This document shows positions 33,025 to 43,194 of a stretch of 64,000 nucleotides of DNA, piece after piece. Position 1 is the stretch's first letter. Every line of letters starts with the position of its first letter. A program made the translations under genes and the position numbers. Under the pieces are notes generated by a model that was not told the origin of the DNA, ran no database searches, and saw only the letters and a list, made by a program, of their open reading frames with translations. This DNA comes from Candidatus Dadabacteria bacterium (GTDB lineage: Bacteria; Desulfobacterota_D; UBA1144; Nemesobacterales; CSP1-2). Where the stretch lies: assembly GCA_963805855.1 (NCBI GenBank), contig CAWDVW010000007.1, positions 448,001-512,000 on the forward strand. Direction: 5' to 3'.

Positions 33025-34380
33025 CTAAAATGTTAATTCAATCCCTCTATTCTCTTCTTGAATATCATATTCTTGAATTCCCTCGCTTGTTTCAATTTCA
33101 ACAATTCCTGGCAGTTGTAGTAAATTCGAATCCAGATTTAATTTGATCCTGCCTATGTTTTTAAGTTCGAGCTTAACCCTGTTTATCCCAGAAATCTCCG
33201 CCTTTATGTTTAAGGGCTCTTCCATTCTAAGAGGTGAGAAATCAATCCAAAATATGCTACTTTTATAAAGCCCATTGGGAGCCGTGTAGCTAATGTCTTT
33301 TGGAAATCTGTTTCTTTTAAATCGGTTAAACCAGCTGAATACCCTGGGTAAATCCTCATCCACCATCGCCCAGGTGTGACCGTATTCAGGGTAGTTGGTA
33401 AGCTCCGTTAACGCCCCGAGCTTTTTTAATATCCCTTGAAGGGTAAGCGCTTCATCGAAAGGAATAGTTTCATCGGCGCTCCCATGGGAAATGTACAGAG
33501 GAAAATCCTTCAAATTCAATAACATCCTTTGTGGAAAGTCCAAGTCTTCTAAGAACATTTCTAATTGCTCTCTCGTCATTCCCTCTACCTTTTCCTTGTA
33601 AACCCTGAGGCGGTAAGGTCCGAAAACAACTGCGGAAGCAGCAATTAAGTCGGGATAATAGAGGGAAACAAGCAGGGCTTCAAGCCCACCGTAGGACATA
33701 CCAGTCACGAACATCCCGTCTTCGTCTACGGGAAACAACCCTTTAACAACCTCAAGAAGCTCTTGAAATACATCCAATTTGCCCTGCCGTATATACTCTC
33801 CACCCAGTGTAACAGAAGGCATAACCGCTAGAAATCCGTTTTGTCTGGCATACAAATGAAGTTCTTGCGACTTGATATAGTTGTTTAGACAGATAACAAC
33901 CGGCAACTTTTCTCTTCCATCCCAATGCTTCGGGGAAATATAGTAAAAATCAAAGTCCCTATTATATTTGGTCGAGCGATAAGTTATTCGTTTAATCCCT
34001 CGCCCTTCCAGAGTGAACCTATGCCTCTCAGGGCTTCCCTCAACCAAAATATCACCCTTCTCACCGATAAAAATGACCGAGTTTGCGCCTCCTGCCACGT
34101 CAGGACTCAAGTCCCCGTTATTTGGATCGTTAACCCAGTTTCCGTCAACGATATATTTATAATCGTAGGACCTGTTCGGCTCAAGTTTTAGGACTGTCCT
34201 CCATACATCATCCTTTCCCTTTACTAAAGGGCTTTCTCTCCTCTTCCATCCATTGAAATCCCCTGCCAGGAAAATCTCTTTAGCCCCAGGCGAATAGTAG
34301 CTAAAGAGGAAACCCTCTTTTACTTGAATCGGTTTGGTTGCCCACCAACCCTCATATTGGCTTACTATATCAGCAATCAT
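33025..34380 (-). CDS. CBM48/AMPK-type glycogen-binding domain fused to alpha/beta-hydrolase (esterase)
   Basis: LAGDFNGW..YKYIVDGNW..DP; GMSYGG elbow, HGSADE, GH. Confidence 0.75.
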   Translation of the reverse strand: MIADIVSQYEGWWATKPIQVKEGFLFSYYSPGAKEIFLAGDFNGWKRRESPLVKGKDDVWRTVLKLEPNRSYDYKYIVDGNWVNDPNNGDLSPDVAGGANSVIFIGEKGDILVEGSPERHRFTLEGRGIKRITYRSTKYNRDFDFYYISPKHWDGREKLPVVICLNNYIKSQELHLYARQNGFLAVMPSVTLGGEYIRQGKLDVFQELLEVVKGLFPVDEDGMFVTGMSYGGLEALLVSLYYPDLIAASAVVFGPYRLRVYKEKVEGMTREQLEMFLEDLDFPQRMLLNLKDFPLYISHGSADETIPFDEALTLQGILKKLGALTELTNYPEYGHTWAMVDEDLPRVFSWFNRFKRNRFPKDISYTAPNGLYKSSIFWIDFSPLRMEEPLNIKAEISGINRVKLELKNIGRIKLNLDSNLLQLPGIVEIETSEGIQEYDIQEENRGIELTF

Positions 34381-34653
34381 TAGTTACGACTCGCTTCTCC
34401 GGATAATCTACAGGATTTACCATTTCTTGGTGCCCAAATCTTATTATAAGGACAAATTTCTAATTTGATAGCAATTAAACTTACATGCGATAATTAACAT
34501 CTGTACAGGGGTCAGTCCAATGACATTTATTTGACTTCCCGATAACTAGCAAGATTTACGGGCGTATATTCACGATTAATAAGCGCTGAGAAATAGAGGA
34601 AATAGGGAAAGCCTTACGCCCATAATTTCGCTAGAACCAGTCATTGCTGATCC

Positions 34654-35697
34654 TTAAGACAGCCTGTTTTTACCCGCTTTATCAAAGATGTGGATCTTTT
34701 CGGGCGGAATCTTAAAGAAGGCCCTTTTGCCGGGGGCGATATTTTCTTCTGCCGACGCCCTACCCTTTATTTTTATTCCCCTCCACAAGCCGTCTGCCCA
34801 GACGTCACTTCCGGTCGGCTCCAGAAGAGCCACCTCTGCCTCAATCGCCGTCTCATCCCCCCGAGCGCTGACAACTATATCTGACGGTCTTATTCCAATG
34901 AAAATCTCAGCCTTTTCAAAGTGTTTAAGAATGGGTTTAAATACGGGAACATCCCTAAATAATGATCCATCTATGACATTTATTGGCGGGCTCCCGATAA
35001 ATTCAGCAATGAAGAGATTCTCGGGCCTTCTGTACACATCAATAGGATGGCCGCATTGCATAATCTTACCCCGGTATAGGACAGCTATCCTGTCTGAGAG
35101 CACCATTGCTTCTTCCTGGTCGTGAGTTACATATACGAATGTTTTCTTTATGTTTTGATGGAGCCTTTTCAGCTCTGCTCTCATTTCTACCCTCAACATT
35201 GCATCCAGATTGGAGAGCGGCTCATCCATCAGAAAGGCCCTCGGCCTCCTGATAATCGCCCTCCCGAGAGCGACTCTCTGCCTCTGCCCTCCCGAGAGCT
35301 CTCTCGGCTTCCTGTGTAATAGGGATTCGAGACCAAGGAGAGCCGCGACCTGTTTGATTTCCGTATCTATTTTTTGTTTGGACTCATTTTTCACACGCAG
35401 GGGAAAACCGATATTTTCATAAATGGTCATGTGGGGATATAGCGCGTAGCTCTGGAATACCATGGCCACGTCTCTTTCACCGGGGGAGAGGCCATTGATT
35501 GGCTTTCCATCAAAATAAATCGCGCCCTTACTTACCTCCTCCAATCCGGCAATCAAGTTCAGGATGGTTGACTTGCCACAACCGCTGGGTCCCACGAAGG
35601 TGAAAAACTCCCTGTCCTCTATGGTCAGGTCGAGTCCTGTAACGACCCGCACGTCTTTGAATCTCTTCTCGACACCTTCGAATCTTATTTCTGTCAA
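34654..35697 (-). CDS. Carbohydrate ABC transporter ATPase (MalK/MsmX-like)
   Basis: GPSGCGKST, LSGGQRQR, DEPLSNLD. Confidence 0.94.
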   Translation of the reverse strand: MTEIRFEGVEKRFKDVRVVTGLDLTIEDREFFTFVGPSGCGKSTILNLIAGLEEVSKGAIYFDGKPINGLSPGERDVAMVFQSYALYPHMTIYENIGFPLRVKNESKQKIDTEIKQVAALLGLESLLHRKPRELSGGQRQRVALGRAIIRRPRAFLMDEPLSNLDAMLRVEMRAELKRLHQNIKKTFVYVTHDQEEAMVLSDRIAVLYRGKIMQCGHPIDVYRRPENLFIAEFIGSPPINVIDGSLFRDVPVFKPILKHFEKAEIFIGIRPSDIVVSARGDETAIEAEVALLEPTGSDVWADGLWRGIKIKGRASAEENIAPGKRAFFKIPPEKIHIFDKAGKNRLS

Positions 35698-35701
35698 TGT
35701 T

Positions 35702-36514
35702 CTATCCCTTGATCGATCCTGCCGTTAATCCTTCGACAATCCTCCTCTGGAATGCAAATGCAAGCAAGATAAGCGGTATGGTTACAACAACCGAAGCCGC
35801 TGCGATATCGCCCCACGGCACCTCGTGGAGACCAGGGAAAAGGGCAATCCCCACAGGGATTGTCCGAGAGGCAACGGTCGAGGTAAATGTTAGCGCAAAG
35901 AGGAACTCGTTCCATGAGAAAATAAACACGAGGATTGCCGTAGCAAAAAGCCCTGGGGCGGATAACGGTAGGATTATTCTATAGAAACTCTGAAAAACCG
36001 TGCAGCCGTCTACCCTTGAAGCAAGGTAGATTTCGTGAGGAATGCTTCTGAAAAAGCTGGTCAAAATCCAGATCGTAAGCGGAAGAGAAAAGGATGTGTA
36101 GGTGATTATTAACGCAAACACCGTATCCCTTAATCCGAGAGCCCTGATTATGATATAAAGGGGACTTACCGTCGCAATTGCGGGAAACATGGATACAGAC
36201 AGCACGAAGACCAAGATGAGTCCCTTTCTTCTCACATCAAGCTTCGCCAGCGCAAATGCAGCCAGTGAACCGATCACGAGTGAGATAACGGTTGTGCTGC
36301 ACGCTACAATAAAGCTATTGGCGATTATCCTGAAAAAGGGATGCGCTCGAAAGATGGAGAAATAATGATCGAACGTCGGGTTACGGGGTAGGATAGGCGG
36401 CAGCGTTGACAGTTCCGCATCGGGCTTTAGAGACGTTATGAACTGCCAGACGTACGGGCCCAGACAATAAGAACAAACGACCACGAGCAGGATGTAAAAG
36501 CCCAACCGCCTCAT
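35702..36514 (-). CDS. Carbohydrate ABC transporter permease (MalG-like)
   Basis: About 6 TM segments, EAA-like ASRVDG, SWNEFLFA. Confidence 0.92.
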   Translation of the reverse strand: MRRLGFYILLVVVCSYCLGPYVWQFITSLKPDAELSTLPPILPRNPTFDHYFSIFRAHPFFRIIANSFIVACSTTVISLVIGSLAAFALAKLDVRRKGLILVFVLSVSMFPAIATVSPLYIIIRALGLRDTVFALIITYTSFSLPLTIWILTSFFRSIPHEIYLASRVDGCTVFQSFYRIILPLSAPGLFATAILVFIFSWNEFLFALTFTSTVASRTIPVGIALFPGLHEVPWGDIAAASVVVTIPLILLAFAFQRRIVEGLTAGSIKG

Positions 36515-37365
36515 TCCATCCCCCTTCTAAGAAGTCTTACGTATAGGATCGTAATGACACCCACGCAGAAAAATATGGCTATAGAGATAGTTGAGCCATA
36601 CCCAAATTGTAGGGTCTGAAAGAGCACCTTATAGGCATAAATTGATAATGTCTCGGTTGTGTTGGCTGGCCCCCCGCCTGTAAGGACATATATTGCATCA
36701 AAAACTCTGAAGGCATCCAGTGTCCTGAAGATGAGGACAATGAGAATAACGGGCATCAGAAGTGGAATGGTTATGCGTCTGAATATATACCAGCCCGAGG
36801 CGCCATCAACCCTTGCAGATTTATACAGGTCTCCATCGATTGTCTGAAGACCGGCCATGAGGAGAAGAGCTACAAACGGAGTTGTCTTCCATACCTCCAT
36901 GAATATTGCTGCATTCATAGCCCAAAAGGCACTGCCCAGCCAGTTGATATTGACCCCGAGAAGGTGATTTAAGATTCCAAAGTCAGAATTATACATCCAC
37001 TCCCATATCTTGGCGGAGACAACAGTCGGAATTGCCCAGGGGATTAATATGATGGAGCGCATAAGTCCCCTACCCGTAAAAACCCTGTTCAAAAGAATGG
37101 CTATCGAAAGTCCAAGTATAAGTTCTAAAGAAACTGAAGCTGCCGTGAAATAGACGGTATTGTATAAGGCATTCCAAAACCTGTCGTCCCTCAGTAAAAA
37201 ACTGAAGTTATCAAGTCCAACAAACCTAGATACATCAAAGATTAGAAGGCGACGGTGAAGGCTGAGCCAAATGACATACGCAAGGGGATAGATTATGACT
37301 CCGGCAATTATAAGGATGGCCGGTGCCAAAAAGAAAATGTGGGGCTTACCCTTTACGGATATCAA
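36511..37365 (-). CDS. Carbohydrate ABC transporter permease (MalF-like)
   Basis: PWAIP, WKTTPF, SARVDGA, LTGGGP. Confidence 0.92.
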   Translation of the reverse strand: MISVKGKPHIFFLAPAILIIAGVIIYPLAYVIWLSLHRRLLIFDVSRFVGLDNFSFLLRDDRFWNALYNTVYFTAASVSLELILGLSIAILLNRVFTGRGLMRSIILIPWAIPTVVSAKIWEWMYNSDFGILNHLLGVNINWLGSAFWAMNAAIFMEVWKTTPFVALLLMAGLQTIDGDLYKSARVDGASGWYIFRRITIPLLMPVILIVLIFRTLDAFRVFDAIYVLTGGGPANTTETLSIYAYKVLFQTLQFGYGSTISIAIFFCVGVITILYVRLLRRGME

Positions 37366-37368
37366 CGA

Positions 37369-38700
37369 TCAATCCTCCGCAGTCAATATGTGTTCTATCT
37401 GATCTCCCGCAGATTTTAACGCCTCTTCAGGCTTCTTTACTCCGGATATTACAGCGCTTAACTCAGGCTGAATTACCTGAGATATCATCATATAATAAGG
37501 GGTTATCGGCCGCGGACTCGCTTGTTCAAACGCATCATAAAGGCTTGCCGTGAATGGCTGGGCTCGAATTACATCGGGGTCTTTGTAAAGAACCTTGAGT
37601 GTAGGCTTATAGCCGACGGTTAATGAAAGTATCTTCTGTGCCTTGTAGGATGTTAGAAACTCGATGAACCTTTCGGCCATCTCCGGATGTCTGGAGTAAG
37701 CGTTAATTCCAAGGTGCCATCCACCGAGCGTGGGTGAAGAGTTATGACCGGAAAACTCCGGGAGTACAGAAACACCCACCTTGCCCTTTACTGGGGAATC
37801 ATCCGCGTCGAAAATGTTCCAGGCATAGGGCCAGTTTCGCAAAAATAGAGCCTTTCCCTTGCCAAAGATATGTCTCGTGGGTTCCTCAATCATAGTTGTT
37901 ACAAGCACAGGCGTTACGTGGTATTTATATATCAGGTCATGCATGAATCCAAGTGCTTCTATATTTTCAGGGCTGTCGATAACAACCTTACCGTCTTTCA
38001 GGATATCCCCACCGTTACTGTGGATATATTCAAGCGCCACGCATACAAGGCCTTCATACTGCTTTCCCTGCCAGATAAACCCGTAAAGATCGGGCTCTTG
38101 CCTTATAACCTCCGAAGCGATACGGACCAGATCAAACCACGTCTTTGGTGAAGAAAAACCGTATTTTTCAAGGAGATCCTTTCGATAGTAAAGAATTCCG
38201 GCATCAATGTACCACGGTATTGCGTAAACCTTGTCCCGATAGACGGCAGCTTCCATGGGACCATGGAAGAAGTCATTCCTCTTTTTCAAGGGCAAGACAT
38301 GACTCAAGTCCCTTAGCCAGCCTGCCCTTGCAAACTCCTGCACCCATATGACATCTATGGCATAGACGTCAAAGTCCGATGACCTTCCCTCCAGGTTAAT
38401 CACATAGAACTGGTGCTGTTCATCTGTGGAGGAAGGAAGGGCCTCATCTTTTATCCTGATATCCGGATTCTTTTCCTCAAATCTCCTTATCAATGTGTTT
38501 AGCGCTTCGGGGTCGCCGGCCAACTTTCCATGTTTGAAGACAATGGTTATCGTTTCCTTTTCATCCGTGGATGAGTTTCGAGTACAACCCTGGAACAAAA
38601 TTAATGAACATATTACGGGGATAAGCAGTGGAGATCGCTGTGCGCGGAGAATTTGTAAGATTAGAAACACAAATTTTGTTGCGTTCTTAATTAATTTCAT
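37369..38700 (-). CDS. Carbohydrate (trehalose/maltose-like) ABC substrate-binding lipoprotein
   Basis: Lipobox LFQGC; DVIW..FA, YYRKDLL, YEGL, RNWPY; start uncertain. Confidence 0.88.
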   Translation of the reverse strand: MKLIKNATKFVFLILQILRAQRSPLLIPVICSLILFQGCTRNSSTDEKETITIVFKHGKLAGDPEALNTLIRRFEEKNPDIRIKDEALPSSTDEQHQFYVINLEGRSSDFDVYAIDVIWVQEFARAGWLRDLSHVLPLKKRNDFFHGPMEAAVYRDKVYAIPWYIDAGILYYRKDLLEKYGFSSPKTWFDLVRIASEVIRQEPDLYGFIWQGKQYEGLVCVALEYIHSNGGDILKDGKVVIDSPENIEALGFMHDLIYKYHVTPVLVTTMIEEPTRHIFGKGKALFLRNWPYAWNIFDADDSPVKGKVGVSVLPEFSGHNSSPTLGGWHLGINAYSRHPEMAERFIEFLTSYKAQKILSLTVGYKPTLKVLYKDPDVIRAQPFTASLYDAFEQASPRPITPYYMMISQVIQPELSAVISGVKKPEEALKSAGDQIEHILTAED

Positions 38701-38825
38701 TTGCCTTCCAAATGACAAGATATGAGGGTCGTGTCTGAATAAATTGACAGCTTGAAAAGAACTCACTCAATAAATGGCTGCTCATAATATGCCATCCCAA
38801 TATACAGGGAGGCATAGTATTTCGA

Positions 38826-38854
38826 ATTATAACCAATAGGAAAACCGGTGTCAC
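38826..38854 (-). promoter_or_regulatory. Sigma70 promoter, copy 1 of duplicated segment
   Basis: GTGACA-17bp-TATAAT on minus strand. Confidence 0.65.
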
Positions 38855-38988
38855 ACGTAGCCTATGGATAGATCGAATATATGCAAAGCATTTTATAAAA
38901 ACAACTAATTAGATTGCTTCAATTTAAATATTTCTTAGACCGAATCCTAAAATCTACTTGCTTCACTAATCCCAATTTTTTCTTATGA

Positions 38989-39153
38989 CTTCTTTGTCTT
39001 GATACAAAGAAGCAAAAATCAAGGGCTAACAAAAAATTAGGAATTATTAAATCAATTCCTACAGCTAAAAATATTTAATTCAACCACAACCCCAAATCTT
39101 TTTTTAACGCTTCCGGAATTGATTTTGGTAATTTTTTGAATGCCCATCTAAAT
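38989..39153 (+). repeat. ~160-nt structured repeat, copy 1 (pseudoknot plus long hairpin)
   Basis: CTTCTTTGT-CTTGAT-ACAAAGAAG..ATCAAG then GGGC...GCCC hairpin. Confidence 0.85.
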
Positions 39154-39265
39154 CATTTCAATTGGGGAAACCTTTAGAAAAAAAGTAGTTAAAAATATAA
39201 ACCATTATCCGCAAATTATGAATGACGGTGAATCGCAAAAGGCTCATACGGTATATCTATTTTAT

Positions 39266-39315
39266 TAGGAACGACTGCTTCTCCTGAGCTTGGTCGAAGG
39301 ATATGCGTCCCCTAC
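39266..39315. repeat. Nested REP-like palindromic element
   Basis: CCTGAGCTTGGTCGAAGG inside TAGGAACG...CGTCCCCTAC. Confidence 0.5.
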
Positions 39316-39452
39316 GTCAGGATATTTGTTAATCTAGAGTCTCAATAATAGAATGGACTTTAGTGGTCTGGAATTATCGGATGAGTAAATCAAGAATCAA
39401 AAGCAATGAACGTAAGTGATAATCTGAAAGGGGACTACTGCTAAGTTTTAAC

Positions 39453-40298
39453 CTATCTTACAGCCCTTTCGAATCTCTCCATTCTAAGCTGAACAAGGGA
39501 AGGATCAACCTTCGTAGCAGGCATTTCCTCGGCAACTCTCTCTATGCGGTCTTCCGTTCCTGGATGCGTTGTCATTATTCCTCCGCCTGATGCCTGTCCC
39601 TGTTTCATAAGACGTTCAAGGAAAATCTCCAATGCTTGGGGATCGTAGCCCGCTCTTGAGAGGTAAATCAGTGCACTCTCATCGGCGCCGTATTCCTGAG
39701 ATTTACCATAACCATTGACTACAAGGGTCTTGAATACATCATCTACAGACCCCTCAAAAAGGCTCACAAGCTGCGATATCTCCGCGGGAGAATAACTCTT
39801 TGCTGCCTCCGTGGCTATAAGGGTCGCAACGCCGGTTAGACGCGCCTTTTCGATTGCAGATACTCCGTCTCTATGGTTTATATGGGCAACCTCATGTGCG
39901 AGTACTGCTGCTAACTCGTCCTCATTCTGTGTTTCATCTATCATTCCCTTTGTGATCAGAATCATACCTCCGGGACATGCAAAAGCGTTTATCTCATCCG
40001 TGTCGAGAACAGCAAAGTGATACCCACCATAGGTAATGGGATCATCCGAGTGAATAGCAATTGTTTGGCCCACCAGGTTGACGTATTCTGTGAGATGATC
40101 ATTTTCCAGGGGTGGGTATGTAGAGAGGAGCCTGGCCCCCACCGCACGGCCTATATAATACTCCTCCTCATCGGTAAGGGGTCTTGTGGCCTGAAAGGTC
40201 TGCTGTGCGATTCGGCTAATGCTTCCTACATCAACGGTGGCGCACCCGATGAATACAACTGGGATAAGAATTAAAATTGTAAGTATAGATTTAGTCAC
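39453..40298 (-). CDS. M48-family zinc metallopeptidase lipoprotein
   Basis: Lipobox FIGC, INAFACPGG, HEVAH, QEYGAD, THP..EDR. Confidence 0.9.
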   Translation of the reverse strand: MTKSILTILILIPVVFIGCATVDVGSISRIAQQTFQATRPLTDEEEYYIGRAVGARLLSTYPPLENDHLTEYVNLVGQTIAIHSDDPITYGGYHFAVLDTDEINAFACPGGMILITKGMIDETQNEDELAAVLAHEVAHINHRDGVSAIEKARLTGVATLIATEAAKSYSPAEISQLVSLFEGSVDDVFKTLVVNGYGKSQEYGADESALIYLSRAGYDPQALEIFLERLMKQGQASGGGIMTTHPGTEDRIERVAEEMPATKVDPSLVQLRMERFERAVR

Positions 40299-40771
40299 TC
40301 GAGATTAAGCTTCCCACCCTGAATAAAATTTATAAGTTCATTTTCAGAAACTCCGTAATTTTCAATTGTATTTACTGCCTGGAAATTCAAACTGGGATTT
40401 TGTCTTTTATATGCAGCCTCAACCTGAGGATTAAATCCTTTACCAGCAAGGGCAACCTCGTCGCCGGAAGTGGACTGGCTTCCAGAGCCCGAGATTTTAC
40501 TCAAAGAAATTGATTTCTTCTCAACAGCACTCTTATGAATGCACCCCTGTGTTCCCTTAAAGCTCACCTGGTACCATTCACCACTCTGGGAAATTACATC
40601 AAGCACGTCGTTGTAATGAACAGTTGCCTTAACCGGTGAGAAGAACTTACAAGACTCCCTTATGGCGTTTTGCTTGGTAATGACGGTTACGGTTTCAGCG
40701 CTAGCGGACTTTGCTGAAGCAATGGTGAAGGTAATGAAAATGAAAAATATTAACGATATCCTGGTTCTCAT
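40295..40771 (-). CDS. Exported SH3-domain protein
   Basis: Signal peptide; IRE....GEWYQV....QGCIHKS SH3b-like pattern; C-terminal ALAGKGFNPQVE. Confidence 0.7.
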   Translation of the reverse strand: MRTRISLIFFIFITFTIASAKSASAETVTVITKQNAIRESCKFFSPVKATVHYNDVLDVISQSGEWYQVSFKGTQGCIHKSAVEKKSISLSKISGSGSQSTSGDEVALAGKGFNPQVEAAYKRQNPSLNFQAVNTIENYGVSENELINFIQGGKLNLE

Positions 40772-42819
40772 TTCTCAGTAAACTTTATAATATTCCAACC
40801 CTCTGTCAAGTTGTGGATTGAAATCAGATCAGCGCATCGCTTCCTGTAAAATTCCGAAGGTCCATCCCCGGGATACTTCTTAAGTATTTCATCGAACATT
40901 TCCACGGCTTCCTTAAATTTCTGCCCATTGTGATACTGCATGCCCTGATGATAGAGCTCCACGATGCTCCTCTTTCCTGGATCGGTATCCTTTTCTTCAC
41001 CCATGAGTTCAAATATCCTAATTGGCAACTCCTTACCCTTTACCGCAATGGAGCCAAGCTCCCTTGTAAAAAATGTGTTATTCGTTTTTTTAATTGTTTC
41101 TTCACTTATGATTACCCTTGTCTTAAAGAATTTATTGACAGATTCAAGCCTTGACGCCAGGTTTACCGTGTCCCCTATTACGGTAAAGTGAAAAAGCCTG
41201 TCGCTCCCAATATTTCCAGCTATAGCCTCGCCGGTGTGTATACCAATTCTTATGTTCAAGTCCGCCAAACCCTCGCTACGGAATCCCTCATTTAATTCGT
41301 TAATAGCCTCCATACACTGAATTGCAGAATAACATGCGTTTAGTTCGTCATTATCTCTTTCAAAGGGTGCACCCCAGAAGGCCATCACACAATCGCCTAT
41401 GTATTTGTCAATTACCCCCTGATTGCGAATTATGACATCGGTGAGTGAATTCAGAACCGTATGTAACAATGTGGCTATTTTCTCGGGCGTTGTCTTCTCC
41501 GACATTGTTGTAAATCCCGCAATGTCGGCAAAAAACACGGTGACGCGCTTTTCCTGACCACCCGGCTTGATAAGAGAGGGATTGTCCAGCAGGAAATCTG
41601 CTATTTTTTTATCCATGTATTGCGAGATGGTGTTCTTAAGAAAAATTCTCTGTCTTCCCTCAGTGGCGTAACTATATGCAACGGCAATCATAAAGCTAAC
41701 CGTAAGTGAAGATATAGGAGGTATTATCATCATATAGATTGCATTTTTAAATAATAAGACATCGATTAAAACTATGACGGACAAAGTTACCAAGAAAAGG
41801 GAGAGATTTATGACCAGTGAGTGGCGTTTTATAACAGAGTAACTGACAAGAAGACAGATTAGGAACATAAAGGCAAGGACGAAAACGTTGTCAACAGGTC
41901 TTATGAGGCTCGCGTTGATGATGTTGTCAATAGTAGTTGCATGAATTAAAACACCTGTGGAAATAGGAGAAATAGAGGTTGGTTTAAGGTCGTATAGACC
42001 TGCGGCAGTGAGCCCTAAAAATACTATCTTGTCTTTAAAAAAATCCTCTTTTATAGGAGGCGTTTTTGATGAGTTAACATCGAGGTAGGACTTTAATATT
42101 TCAGAAGCTGAAAAGGTCTTGAATGGATTATTATTTTTATAATATCTGAGCAGGAGTCTTCCATCCACAAGAGGAATTTCCTTATCATTAACATTGATCC
42201 TGTTTTTCATGATTTTCACGATACCCTTATCAAGCAGGTAACTGAGCACAAAATGAGGGATTAGAAATTCACGTAACTGAAAAATAAGAGGTATCCTTCG
42301 ATACACTCCGTCATCGTCGGGAGAAATTGTGACGTTTCCTGAACCCTTGATAGATTTCCTCAAGACGTCTATCGGATAAACTATAGAATTGAACCTAAGG
42401 GCTGTGGAGATTTCATCCCTGATCGCTAAATGATCCAAAAATTCCTTATCCTCTGAGGTGATCAATTCGTCTTTCTTTGAAAGAAAGATGGGAAGATAGA
42501 CATTATTTGCCTTTTTAATCGCTTCTGAAAAAATCAAATCGTCCTCTTCACCATATGACGAAGGCTCGGTAAAGAGAATATCTATGAATAGAGCTTCCGC
42601 CTTAGACAGATACTCTACTATCGGGGCGTATATCTGCCTTGGCCATGGCCAGGTTATGCCTTCTTTGCTCAAGGCGTTTATGCTTTCCTGATCGACCTGA
42701 ACAATCACTATCTTTTCCAGTTCACCGGTTGGATTAAGAGACCTTGAAAACAGGTCAAAGGCTTTAAGCTCAAATAAACCTAAGGCGCCTGATAGAAAGA
42801 TTATTAAAGAGACGATCAA
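40768..42819 (-). CDS. CHASE2-domain class III adenylate cyclase with C-terminal TPR-like helices (true start probably upstream)
   Basis: WPWPR, DILF.EP, DxDGVYRR, 3 TM segments; FADIAGFT, DKYIGD, TVIGDTVNLASRLE. Confidence 0.92.
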   Translation of the reverse strand: MIVSLIIFLSGALGLFELKAFDLFSRSLNPTGELEKIVIVQVDQESINALSKEGITWPWPRQIYAPIVEYLSKAEALFIDILFTEPSSYGEEDDLIFSEAIKKANNVYLPIFLSKKDELITSEDKEFLDHLAIRDEISTALRFNSIVYPIDVLRKSIKGSGNVTISPDDDGVYRRIPLIFQLREFLIPHFVLSYLLDKGIVKIMKNRINVNDKEIPLVDGRLLLRYYKNNNPFKTFSASEILKSYLDVNSSKTPPIKEDFFKDKIVFLGLTAAGLYDLKPTSISPISTGVLIHATTIDNIINASLIRPVDNVFVLAFMFLICLLVSYSVIKRHSLVINLSLFLVTLSVIVLIDVLLFKNAIYMMIIPPISSLTVSFMIAVAYSYATEGRQRIFLKNTISQYMDKKIADFLLDNPSLIKPGGQEKRVTVFFADIAGFTTMSEKTTPEKIATLLHTVLNSLTDVIIRNQGVIDKYIGDCVMAFWGAPFERDNDELNACYSAIQCMEAINELNEGFRSEGLADLNIRIGIHTGEAIAGNIGSDRLFHFTVIGDTVNLASRLESVNKFFKTRVIISEETIKKTNNTFFTRELGSIAVKGKELPIRIFELMGEEKDTDPGKRSIVELYHQGMQYHNGQKFKEAVEMFDEILKKYPGDGPSEFYRKRCADLISIHNLTEGWNIIKFTEK

Positions 42820-42939
42820 AGAAGAAAAAGTTAGAAATAATACCTTTCGAATATTATTATTAATAAAAGTTTTGATCTTAATTCTACCTATCCCAAGCTA
42901 TATTAGCTCCAACTCAATCGGACAATCGTTTTCATACTA

Positions 42940-43155
42940 CATATTTGAGTGCAGGCCATAATCGCGGTCTTTTCGTTCAAAATATAGATAGTGCCAGGCC
43001 TTGACATTTGACGTAAAGTAACATCGCTTATCTCCTTGTCGTGAGATGTTTAGCCCCTCTGTCTCTGACAAAACCCCGCTTAGTGTCGCTAAAACCGCCG
43101 ATGGCTAAAGCAATTCAACTATATCATCCGAAAATTCCACGCTAAAGTGGGGCAT
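42940..43155 (-). pseudogene. Degenerate CHMI/tautomerase-like gene remnant
   Basis: MPHFSVEFSDDIVELL*PSAVLATLSGVLSETEG: Pro-1 MPHxxxE(Y/F)S start with in-frame TAG. Confidence 0.4.
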
Positions 43156-43165
43156 TTTAAGTCCA

Positions 43166-43194
43166 ATTATAACAAATAGGAAAACCAGTGTCAC
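43166..43194 (-). promoter_or_regulatory. Sigma70 promoter, copy 2 of duplicated segment
   Basis: GTGACA-17bp-TATAAT; 40/46 identical to 38825-38870. Confidence 0.65.

Noticed and set aside
38836-38855. CRP site (TGTGA) in the duplicated promoter
   Set aside because: Only one half-site; TGTGAC is explained by the -35 element
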